Origin: Eledone cirrhosa
Lineage: Eukaryota
Length of the DNA: 64,000 nt
Direction of reading: 5' to 3'
NCBI GenBank assembly: GCA_964016885.1
Contig: OZ024752.1
Coordinates: 9,858,001-9,922,000, forward strand
Positions 53,860-64,000 of this stretch are shown here, in pieces. Made by a program: the position numbers and the translations under genes. Numbering within the stretch: the stretch's first letter is position 1; each line of letters opens with the position of its first letter. Below the pieces are notes generated by a model that saw only the letters and a program-made list of their open reading frames with translations, was not told the DNA's origin and did not search any database.

Positions 53860-53960
53860 CCGAGGTTAACTTTGCCTTTCATCCTTTCGGGGTCGATAAA
53901 ATAAAGTACCAGTAAACTACTGGGTATTTGGTGGCCTTGTGCCAAAAGTAGAAACAATTA
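53860..53960 (+). mobile_element. Truncated Nin SINE
   Basis: Flanked by attatataataatata on both sides. Confidence 0.85.
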
Positions 53961-54129
53961 TATAATAATATATGTAGAAATAAACACAGTGAATTCTGTA
54001 TCTAAAATTAGGAGGGTAGAAAATACCACATTTCTTTTATATATTTAACCTGAATCATACGTAAGACATACACATTTTTTCATGAGATATAAAAATGTTT
54101 TCATATACAGACCGTATCAATAACTATTT

Positions 54130-54220
54130 CATCTCTCTGACAGATTAGAGATTTAATCGATTTCGCCCTGTAAATTGTGTTTGTAACAGATAATCCGTAG
54201 GCTTTCCTCAGCGAGAGATG
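54130..54220 (-). ncRNA. Type I hammerhead ribozyme with an extended stem III
   Basis: Minus strand reads catctctcg CTGAGGA aagcc...gggc GAAA tcgatta-aatctc-taatctg TC| agagagatg. Confidence 0.7.
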
Positions 54221-54471
54221 GAATCAAATGAAACAAAACCCATGTAACTACAAATCACAGGGGTGAATATCACACCTCGTGTGTTGGACGTTATACGTGG
54301 TGTGAGTGGATATGCTAAAAATAATAGCCTTATTACACTCAACTTATAAGCTCACCTAGTTAGGGAGCCGAAATACAAATAAAATACAGAGTTACTAACT
54401 CATATTGATACCCTGCAATTAACAAACTCAAAGTATAAATACTGAGCATTATATAATAATATACCATCAGA

Positions 54472-54660
54472 TAGGGCGGTGGATTGGCAGTATCGGTAGA
54501 GGGTCGGACGCCATGCTTTCCAGCATAGTTACGTCCCTTTACCATCTGAGTTCAAATCCCGCCGAGGTTGACTTTGCCTTTCATCCTTACGGGGTCGATA
54601 AAATAAAGTACCAGTAATGCACTGGTAATTGCTGGCCTTGTGCCTAAAGTAGAAACAATT
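54472..54660 (+). mobile_element. Full-length Nin SINE
   Basis: Near-consensus copy with the same flanking duplication as the 53860 copy. Confidence 0.9.
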
Positions 54661-54908
54661 ATATAATAATATATGTAGAAATAAACACAGTAAATTCTGT
54701 GTCTAAAATTACGAGGGTAGAGAATACAACATTTGTTTTATATATTTTATTTGTATTTCGGCTGCCTAACTAGGTGAGCTTATACGTTGAGTGTAATAAG
54801 GCTATTATTTCTAGCATATCCACTCACACCGCATATAACGTCCAACGCACGAGGTGTGATATTCATCCCTGTGAATTGTAGCTACATGTGTTTCGTTTCA
54901 TTTGATCC

Positions 54909-54998
54909 CATCTCTCGGTGAGGAAAGTTACGGATTATCTGTTACAAACACAATTTTCAGAGCGAAACAGATTAAATCTCTAATCTGTCCGAGAGATG
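54909..54998 (+). ncRNA. Type I hammerhead ribozyme (mirror copy, C3G)
   Basis: catctctcg GTGAGGA ... GAAA cagatta-aatctc-taatctg TC| cgagagatg. Perfect 9-bp stem I and 7-bp stem III, with a GUC triplet. Confidence 0.7.
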
Positions 54999-55201
54999 AA
55001 ATGGTTATTGATACGGTCTGTATATGAAAACATTCTTATATCTTACGTATGATTCAGGTTAAATATATAAAACATTTGTGGTATACTCTACCCTCGAAAT
55101 TTTAGACACAGAATTCACTGTGTTTATTTCTACATATATTATATATATATATATATATAATATATGTAGAAATAAACACAGTGAATTCTGTGTCTAAAAT
55201 T

Positions 55202-55272
<71 letters not shown>

Positions 55273-55359
55273 GTGTGTGTATATGCATATATGTATATGT
55301 ATATATATTTATATATGTATATGTATATATATATATGTATATGTATATGTATATATATG

Positions 55360-55460
<101 letters not shown>

Positions 55461-55626
55461 GTCCCAAGGCTCTGTTACCATCAACACTATAAACACAGAG
55501 CTGGCATATCTAAAAACTGACCAACTGCCTGATGAGGTCATAGCCATTCAATGACTATCATTGAAATATATATATCAGCAAATAAAGGATTATTAGTTCA
55601 TGCAATAGACTTATGTTTCGTCACTG
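55461..55626 (+). mobile_element. TA-embedded element with a hammerhead-like core (55526-55580), family I
   Basis: tgc CTGATGA ggtcatagccat-tca-atgactatcatt GAAA tatatata TC agca, then AATAAA. Confidence 0.55.
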
Positions 55627-55628
55627 TA

Positions 55629-55690
<62 letters not shown>

Positions 55691-55699
<9 letters not shown>

Positions 55700-55921
55700 T
55701 AGGTTCGATCGACTTTCGTCCAATTGGACCGAGGAAACAATGTTTCCGTTGGTCTTTCCAGTTGCTAGTACTATCTATCGGTCGCAACTCCAGGTAGAAG
55801 GAGCACCGTGAAATAAAGTGTCTTGCTCAAGGACATAACGCATCGCCCGGTCCAGGAATCGAACTCACAACCTCAAGATTGGGAATCCAATTCTCTTAAC
55901 CACTCAGCCACACGCCTTCAC
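55691..55921 (-). mobile_element. tRNA/CORE-like SINE with a poly(A) tail
   Basis: Head gtgaaggcgtgtggctgagtggtt, B box gagttcgattcc, ccttgagcaagacactttatttcac. Confidence 0.8.
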
Positions 55922-55932
55922 CCATATGTATA

Positions 55933-55971
<39 letters not shown>

Positions 55972-57279
55972 GTATATATATATGTCAAGTAAGTATGTTT
56001 TGAAACATTGAGCAGGTTTGAAATTAGAAAATAGAATAGCTTTCTCCGTATTTTTGACTAAAGACATTTCTAGCCTGATAATGGGATTTAGAACCATCAG
56101 ATAAATGGAAAAAGATGAGTATTGACGTACAGTACTCATCCAGTGTTTGAGGTTTGGATCCATATTTTATATATTTATACTTAATACACAAAACATGGTA
56201 GAAAATCTACTTAGTTTTAATTAGTCTATGGGAAACCCTATGTAGTTAGTAGCAGCGAAGTGTTCACCTAGAGAGTACCTTGACAGCCCGTGACGCAAAT
56301 ACCCGATGATGTATACGTACTAAATTTATTTGTTTTAGCAATGTCAATCGATGTACAATTAAACTACTTCAGATTAGATGAATATGTTGTTTTTTTTTCA
56401 CTGTTTTTGCTGTCATTGTCTTCTCTATGATGTACAACCATTGTCCATGTTTCCTGTTCGTGACCCTTTCAAAATCGAAATATTTACTATTCTGAAACAA
56501 TGAATTCATTTCGTGTGACATGTAGTGTTGTAGGATGTAACTGAGATAAATCTACTTATGATGCTACTGTAAAAATATGGCATCGATATATATATATATA
56601 TATATATAAATACATATAGAATGGAAAGCGAAAAATTAGTGATGCATCGGAACTCAATTTAATGTGTGTTACAATTGTTTCCCCGGCGAACAGCTCGAGG
56701 TGCGATCTGTGTGTGGATCGACCTGTCTCTGGATTTACAGGTTCCTCGGATACGTCTATTGATTTCGGTGCATATCCTAATTGAGCATAGAGTGCTCAAC
56801 CGGCCTACCGCCTATGGAAGCATCTTAGCTATCATTAGAATATATATATATATATAGAGAGAGAGAGAAAAAAGTCAGGAACCAGACGGCTGAGCTACGG
56901 CTCTTTCGACAGTCACTTTTTTTCAGATAACATTTTTTTATCTCTTATAAAATTTAGTCTTAAATTAAAAACTTATTTTTGGTATTAGAAGGATTAGTGA
57001 TAAGAAATATAATGGGGAAGGCAACTTGCAAAGCTGGGGGTAGAGCGCAGGTTTAGGGTAAACATATATTTTTCGCTGTGGGAGCAGCAACATTTTAACG
57101 TTTGGAAAATTACCTATTGCTAAGGGCCACCCTAATATACATATATCTGTGTGTGGTTGACAGCTGATGGAAATGACTACTCGGTATTGAGTAATACATT
57201 TATATATGTATATATACAGCCTTGCCTTCATATTTCTCCTTGCTCCCTTTTTCTCATTGTATTTGTATGTAAACAAGAT

Positions 57280-58260
57280 ACAAGGAGAGGAAGGAGAAAG
57301 GGAGAGCAAAGAGAGCAATGAGAAGAGGAGAACAAAGAGAGTAAGGATAAAATGAGAGTAAGGATGAAAGGAGAGCAAGGAGAGCAATGAGAAAAGGAGA
57401 GCAAAGAGAGTAAGGATAAAAGGAGAGCAAGGAGAGCAATGAGAAAAGGAGAGCAAAGAGAGTAAGGATAAAAGGAGAGCAAGGAGAGCAAGGAGGGCAA
57501 TGAGAAAAGGAGAGCAAAGAGAGTAAGGATAAAATGAGAGCAAGGAGAGCAATGAGAAAAGGAGAGCAAAGAGAGTAAGGATAAACGGAGAGCAAGGAGA
57601 GCAAGGAGGGCAATGAGAAAAGGAGAGCAAAGAGAGTAAGTATAAAAGGAGAGCAAGGAGAGCAATGAGAAAAGGAGAGCAAAGAGAGTAAGGATAAAGG
57701 AGAGCAAGGAGAGCAATGAGAAAAGGAGAGCAAAGAGAGTAAGGATAACGGGAGAGCAAGGCGAGCAATGAGAAAAGGAGAGCAAAGAGAGTAAGTATAA
57801 AAGGAGAGCAAGGAGAGCAAGGAGAAAGGAGAGCAAAGAGAGTAAGGATAAAAGGAGAGCAAGGAGAGCAATGAGAAAAAGAGAGCAAAGAAAGTAAGTA
57901 TAAAAGGAGAGCAAGCAGAGCAATGAGAAAAGGAGAGCAAAGAGAGTAAGGATAAAAGGAGAGCAAGGAGAGCAATGATAAACAGACAGCCAAGAGAGTA
58001 AGTATAAAAGGAGAGCAAGGATAGCAATCAGAAAAGGAGAGCAAAGAGAGTAAGGATAAAGGGAGAGCAAGGAGAGCAATGAGAAAAGGAGAGCAAAGAG
58101 AGTCAGGATAAAGGGAGAGCAAGGAGAGCAATGAGAATAGGAGAGCAAAGAGAGTAAGAATAAAAGGAGAGCAAGGAAAGCAAGGAGAGCAAGGAGAGCA
58201 AAGAGAGCAAGGAGAACAAAGAGAGCAAGGAGAGCAAAGAGAGCAAAGAGAGCAAGGAGA
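57280..58260. repeat. GA-rich minisatellite (ggagagcaa / agagagtaaggataaaa modules)
   Basis: Direct observation. Confidence 0.92.
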
Positions 58261-59111
58261 GGTTAAAGCAAATATTCCTTAAGTTATGCTGGAAGCAGAC
58301 AAAGGTGAAGGAGAGGAAGAATAAAAAAAAATCAACTGAAAGGGTAGATTCTGCACCAAAATGACTTTTCTTCCTTTACAAACATCTTTTGTAACGCCTG
58401 GTAGAAAAACTTTCTACACGAGATTTTCTATCAGCACCAATTTCCGTGACATGGAAGGATGGTCCTGGTTACAAAAGTGGACTTGAGAAAAAAACTTGAG
58501 AACACAGTTGTTGTGAATGATGTTGCAGAAAGAGGTGTCAAACTCACTCAGGATTACAATAACATTCTCACATAAGATAAAACTGAGAAACAATTCGTTT
58601 TACAGATCGTTACCGAAAACCGTAGAACATACCCAACTGCCACTAAATCCTCTCTTATGGAAAAATAATGTTCAATATTCAGTGTTCACATGTTTTTGAT
58701 TCTATAGAAATTATTGTTGTAAATAGAAGCTGTGTATAGAAGTTGCGTGCTTTATTAAGAAAATCTAATATTTCTTAAGCTTCTCATGTTATATCAGGAA
58801 TTTTTCAAATTAACTATTGGTAAATTTGATTCAGAACGTTTTTGAAGATTTGCTGGGGTTGCCTGGATGTATCCACATGAATTACTCTAAGAAGGAAAGA
58901 GAAAATAGTCGAGATAGGGAACAGTATACAGCTTTTAAACAGAATTAACCGTTGTGTATACTATGTTCCATCTTCAAGGATTTTGAGCTGAAATTTTGCG
59001 CACCCCGTATTTCCGTTAATTGAAACAGGATGAAGGTTCGGAAAATTACCTATTGTTAAGGGTCACCCTAATGTATATATATGTACACATGTGTATACAT
59101 ACATATTTATA

Positions 59112-59352
59112 TATATATATATAATAAATGAAGAATTAGAAATAGAAGCCAGGAATATCTGTCTACTAGCCAAAGAGTTGGGTGAAAATCTCCAACCAAC
59201 TCTTTTTATCCCAATAACTTAATTTAGTTATTGTATCGCCTTAGCTTGAGGTATATGTTCTGTAATGCGAAGAAATACCTATGATGGCTAGAAGACCACT
59301 GATGACGGATATTCCTGGCTTCTATTTCTAATTCTTCATTTATTATATATAT
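59112..59352. mobile_element. Inverted-end element with a partial hammerhead (CTGATGA at 59299)
   Basis: Arms of about 48 bp (59116-59164 and 59303-59351). ggata..tatcc could close stem II, but GAAA is absent. Confidence 0.5.
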
Positions 59353-59602
59353 CCTATTTGCAACAAGACAGCTCGCCATTTTTTCATATATATCCTGATT
59401 ATTTTTTCGTTGCTTTGGTATTATGTGGCTAGGCTTGCCTGCGGCAGTTTTCAATTTGTTAAGCTATCTAACGTATGTTATTCCTCTAAGGTGACACAAC
59501 CTTATCGAGTACTTTGCTGTACATTCCTAATTTTATATAGTTAGCTTGGCCACAGCCAAAACTTCGATTTTGCTAAACTTCCATTTATATATATATATAT
59601 AT

Positions 59603-59791
59603 AACGAAGGAAATGTGGTAAGGAACCAGGTGGACCATAACGCACCAAAGTACTCAATACTTAGGGTAGTAGAGTGGGTAATAGGAACGAGTAGGACCCC
59701 GACGGCTGAGCTCAAGCCGTTTCGGCGGCTAATTCAGTCCAGAATTAGTCGTCGAAACGGCTTGAGCTCAGCCGTCGGGGTCCTACTCGTT

Positions 59792-59793
<2 letters not shown>
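59603..59793. mobile_element. Family A fold-back copy between (TA)n tracts
   Basis: Palindrome centred on ctaattc-agtcca-gaattag, with GAAA cggct-tgagctc-agccg TC| ggggtc. Confidence 0.8.
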
Positions 59794-59844
<51 letters not shown>

Positions 59845-60474
59845 GAAAGGTATAGAAATTGTTTTAGCGAGAATATATATATATATATATATATATATAC
59901 CCACATAAATATATATATATATGTACACATACACATACATATACATGTGTGTGTGTGTGTGTGTGTGAACGGCTGGATAGATTTATTATTTCAAGTGACA
60001 ACAAACCCCTGAGTGTCTTCTAATATAATTGATAATATACTTTCTTTGTTCACCTCATCACTAAACGTGATGCTCTATTTATTTTCCTCGCAATTAAAAA
60101 TTATTTTAAAGCTGATCTTCACATGGATAAATTTAAAACAAATCTGGATACCAAAATGGAGGACAGTCAAATGATTTCGAAATTCTTCTACGTAATACAG
60201 CCTACCTTATTTTACACAGTATTGCTGCAATCCTAAAATTCCATATATGCTTATTTTCTTTAAATGCATCTAACAATAGAGCGGTTTCAGACAGATTTCA
60301 TTGATTTATAGGAGCAACACACCTCTGCTATACATTTCAGGTCATAAAGATATGAATTTCACACAACAGAATGTTTCCACAAAATGGCTGCCAGATTATA
60401 TCTAAATTAGGATTATTGATAGCCTTAAAATCTGTAAACTAGGATATTCATCATTGTCATCCCTATTATTAATA

Positions 60475-61022
60475 TCATCATCATCATCATCATCAAAGGA
60501 ACGACCACATTTAACAACACCACCACCACTACCACCACCACCACCACCACCACCACCATCATCATCATAAACAACGCCACAATTCACAACGCCTTCCCCA
60601 CCACCACCATCATCAACACCGCCACCATCATCAACACCTTCTCTATTACCACCACCACCGCCATCATCAACAACGCCACAATTAGCAACACCTTCCCCAC
60701 TACCACCACCTCCACCAACATAAACACCTTCTCTACTACCACCACCACCATCAACGCCGCCACAATTAACAAAACCTTCTCTACTACCACCACCACCACC
60801 ATCATCAATACCGCCACAGTTAGCAACACCTTCACCACTACCATCATCAACACCGCCACCATCATCAACACCTTCTCTACTACCACCACCACCACCACCA
60901 TCATCAACACCGCCACAATTAGCAACACCTTCTCCACCACCAACACCGCCACCATCATCAACACCTTCTCTACTACCACCACCACCACCATCATCAACAC
61001 CGCCAGAATTACTATTACCAAC
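60475..61022. repeat. CAC/CAT-rich degenerate trinucleotide minisatellite
   Basis: Direct observation. Confidence 0.9.
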
Positions 61023-61023
61023 A

Positions 61024-61447
61024 AGGGCGGTGGATTGGCAGCCTCGGTTGGGTGTCAGGCACCATACTTTGCAGCATGGAGTTATGGCCCTTTCTGTTCT
61101 GAGTTCAAAACCCCCCGAGGAAAGCTTTGCCTTTCATCGTTATGGGGTCGATAAAATAAAGCACCAGTAATGTACTGGGGTCGATTTAATCGACTTTTCC
61201 CTCCCCTCCCCCCTAAATTACTGGCATTGTGCCTATACTATAACTCATTATTACGACCGGTGGATTGCCAGTATCGGTAGAGGGACGGACGCCATGCTTT
61301 GCAGCAAAGAGTTACGGCCCTTTATGGTCTGAGTTCAAATCCCGCCTAGGTTAACTTTGCCTTTCATCCTTACGAGGTCGATAAAATAAAGTACCAGTAA
61401 TGTACTGGAATAATTGCTGGCCTTGTGCCAAAAGTAGAAATAATTAT
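61024..61447 (+). mobile_element. Two tandem Nin SINEs
   Basis: Copies at 61024-61252 and 61257-61447. Confidence 0.85.
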
Positions 61448-61538
61448 TACCAACCACCCAATTTTAGTGAAAATTATCGCCATCCGAATTGCTGATGTGT
61501 TTCTTAAATTTGAACATTTTTCAGTAAATGTTCTAGAG

Positions 61539-61746
61539 CATGGATGACTGACATACGGCCCGTGGGCAGCATGCGGCCCTTTACAAGCTCACCTGCGGCC
61601 CGCACAAAGGTTTTTTACAGCGCGAGCATGTTTTATCTTCGTAAAATCTTTTTGTAATATGCGCAATTATTTGACGTGTGTGGCCCTCAGACAACACATA
61701 TGTGACCCATGTGGTTCTAGGGGAACCGTGAGTTTAGGCATGCCTG
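61539..61746. mobile_element. hAT (Charlie-like) MITE
   Basis: 8-bp TSD ttctagag/ttctagac, ends ca..tg, and repeated cggccc subterminal motifs. Confidence 0.75.
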
Positions 61747-61879
61747 TTCTAGACAGTAAGTGAAGTAATTCTTCATCATTGATTCCTTATATAAACACAC
61801 GATGTCAATTCCTATGTCTAAGAAGATACAGATATTCACAAAGTTCCAGTAATTATTTATTCATTTTGCGCCAATGTAT

Positions 61880-62030
61880 TTGTTTTGCAAGGTTTTTGAT
61901 ATGAAATCTGTGTTCAAACAAATATTGTTATAATATTGTCAGAAAATCCACCGAAACAGTGAGTGTGTTTTACTATATTTTTCTTGTAGCATTAGAACAA
62001 CATGACCTTCCTCCAAAATAACAATATATT
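61880..62030. mobile_element. Family C remnant, again in an inverted arrangement
   Basis: Left part matches 7060-7108; right part matches 7470-7542. Confidence 0.6.
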
Positions 62031-62477
62031 ATCATTTATTTTACGTTAAACATTTCGCTGTATTTCCTGATTTCATAAACAGAAGGGAAATTCGCATGAT
62101 TGAGAAATGTGAATAAGAACGCCCCTCTCTTTATCTGAACATATAACTTTAAATTATTATTGTTATATCCAGCATTTACTTGTCTAACTGTCAGCATTGG
62201 ATGTTTCCGTTTGAGAAGTTTCAAGATTAACATTTTGCAGAGTTCTACCCAACTCACCAGAGCAGTATGTTAAATTAGAACAGTTTGGAATCTATTAAGT
62301 CACGTTTTGCTAATGTTTTATTTGTTTCACTGCATGCATACCGGGTCAGGATCTCATGATGGAGAGGTAGCAACAGCGTATATATATGATAGAAAAAAAA
62401 TAAATTGACCGCCATATGAACACGATACGTTACAGATATTTCTATGCTTTATATGTTCAATCCGTTAATACAACAGC

Positions 62478-62700
62478 AGAGGTCCGACGACCTTTTAATT
62501 CCAGATTCTGGCCAGATCGATATAGATCGAACCTTGAGCTGGTAAATAGCGAAACGTGCGTCACCAATCAATAAACGTAATGAAGGCTTAACAAATCATC
62601 CTTGTATTATTATATTACACTGTTTAGCTCTACACCTCGCTACTGACTTGAACCGAAGCATCGAGTGCTCACCTGGTAATTTCATGTTACACTCCTTGTA
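62478..62700 (+). mobile_element. Family D element with a hammerhead-like fold (62481-62565)
   Basis: ggt CCGACGA ... GAAA cgtgcg TC| acc, then AATAAA; homologous to 8152-8395. Confidence 0.55.
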
Positions 62701-62844
62701 CACACGTACACACCTACACACATACACACACACACACACACACGCACACATATATATGTAAAAGGTAAACAGAAATAACAACACAATCGGTATAGTATAT
62801 GGAAGGGATATATTAGGTTAACGCTTGATATAACAGAAAGAGGG

Positions 62845-62880
62845 TCTTAACGTTTCGGATGCTAGTCCTTCATCAGATGA
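62845..62880 (-). ncRNA. Minimal Penelope-type hammerhead (family E, element about 62755-62940)
   Basis: Minus strand reads tcat CTGATGA a gga-ctagca-tcc GAAA cg TT| aaga. Confidence 0.65.
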
Positions 62881-63159
62881 AAGAATGATAAATAAGATAG
62901 AATGAAGGGACGGGCGGGTTGGAATTGGAAAACATCTCTTTAGGTATTGAAGGTACTAGGATGAGAGTGAAAAATAGATGGGTGAGAAGAAGGTGGTGGT
63001 GTAAGAAGATTGTAGTAGAATGAGAAATAAGATAGATTGAGAGGGGCGTTTCTAGGGCATGTTTTAAACCTGGAAGAGCCCATCTCCTCTTGAGGTCTGA
63101 ATACATCAGATCTCGTCCAGAGAAGGAGAGAGAATGAGAGAGAGATATTGAGGAAGAAT

Positions 63160-63312
63160 CAACCCCAGTACTAGACAGGAAATTATATTTTATCGACCTC
63201 GAATGAATAAAATGCGAAACTGACTTCTGCGAGATTTGAACTCAAAGAGCAGAGAGACGGCAAACGGCAAATCATTCTATCTGACGTTCCAACGACTCTG
63301 ATAATTTGCCCC
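63160..63312 (-). mobile_element. Old Nin SINE
   Basis: ttttatcgacctcgaatgaataaaatgcgaaactgac..gatttgaactca. Confidence 0.65.
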
Positions 63313-63531
63313 TTTATTTGCTCTACCAGATTAGCTTTAATTCGTGCGACTACAAATCAGTGAGGCATGTATAATAAACGTATGCTGAAACTGTTTCGGT
63401 CGAGAGAACTTTGTGGGAAAAAGTTTTACAAGTTTACGTTTTTTTTAGTGTGTGTGTGCCTGACAGCTCACACCTATGCAGATTTAGCTGGCCTCCTCCA
63501 ATGTATATCTCGTTGGAGATATCTTGGGTAG

Positions 63532-63706
63532 TTTAATGATAGGGACCCCAGTCCTATCATCTCATTTCTACAGCTGAGTAAACTGGAACAACGTGAAATA
63601 AAGTGTCTTGTCCAAGGAAACAACACATCACATGGTCCGAGAATTGAACTCACAACCTTTCGATTGCAAGCCCAATGCTCTAACCACTAAGCCATGCGCC
63701 TTCACA
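63532..63706 (-). mobile_element. tRNA/CORE-like SINE
   Basis: Reverse complement of 14549-14722. Confidence 0.85.
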
Positions 63707-64000
63707 TTTTGTAGTGTTTAATGTGTATGTAACGAAAAGGCTAGATTATTACATAAAAAAAAAACCCAACAACATGTAGTTGAATGTCCCTCTAACTATG
63801 TATTGTATAGAATTTTTAAAGATGAGAAATGTTGAAAAGATGTTCTTTTGATTTGATCTGTGTTTGAAACCTGAACAAAACTAAGCTAATATTTAAAGTC
63901 CAGCGTTAAATGTGAAATGCATGAACAGTGGCATATACTACATATTAAAATGCCAAAGATACAAAATAGATTTAATGAGATACTTTCTCTTTGCGGCCAT

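Larger units (their letters stand above)
53769..55201. mobile_element. Retrozyme-like element (family H): about 1.5 tandem units plus an inverted arm, each tandem unit carrying a Nin SINE
   Basis: Direct repeat at 53769 and 54375 (606-bp period), inverted arm at about 54744-55143, and an extra piece at 55157-55201. Confidence 0.8.

Noticed and set aside
56965-58148. Leu/Ser-rich, membrane-protein-like ORFs
   Set aside because: The region is open in all three minus frames because it is a GA minisatellite.
57100-59072. Repeated ggaaaattacctattg.taaggg.caccctaat at about 57104 and 59040
   Set aside because: Probably a DNA transposon terminus, but both copies are in the same orientation and no partner end was found.

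Overview
This is AT-rich, microsatellite-dense eukaryotic non-coding DNA. The repeat content (Nin/Deu-domain and CORE-like tRNA SINEs, RTE/CRE/R4 LINE remnants, very long TA tracts) suggests a cephalopod, probably an octopus; that assignment is inferred. I found no supportable host protein-coding gene, and nearly all listed ORFs are low-complexity or transposon artefacts. The window holds about 15 Nin-type SINEs, 7 CORE-like SINEs, fragments of CRE, RTE and R4/Dong retrotransposons, an internally deleted mariner, hAT/piggyBac/Tc1 MITEs, two non-autonomous Helitrons and several satellites. The main signal is at least eight sequence-unrelated families of short non-coding elements carrying complete, degenerate or half type I hammerhead ribozyme (HHR) cores. 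Most sit in (TA)n DNA as head-to-head inverted pairs with both 3' ends pointing outward. Two of them (28.1-29.2 kb and 53.8-55.2 kb) are longer than one unit and circularly permuted, as expected for retrozyme-like or Penelope pLTR-like elements copied from circular or multimeric RNA. A second theme is that several satellites are internal expansions of mobile-element 3' ends: a 78-bp array from a CRE endonuclease region, a 65-bp array from an RTE and a 25-bp array at a Helitron terminus. All folds and alignments were done by eye, so coordinates may be off by a few bases.
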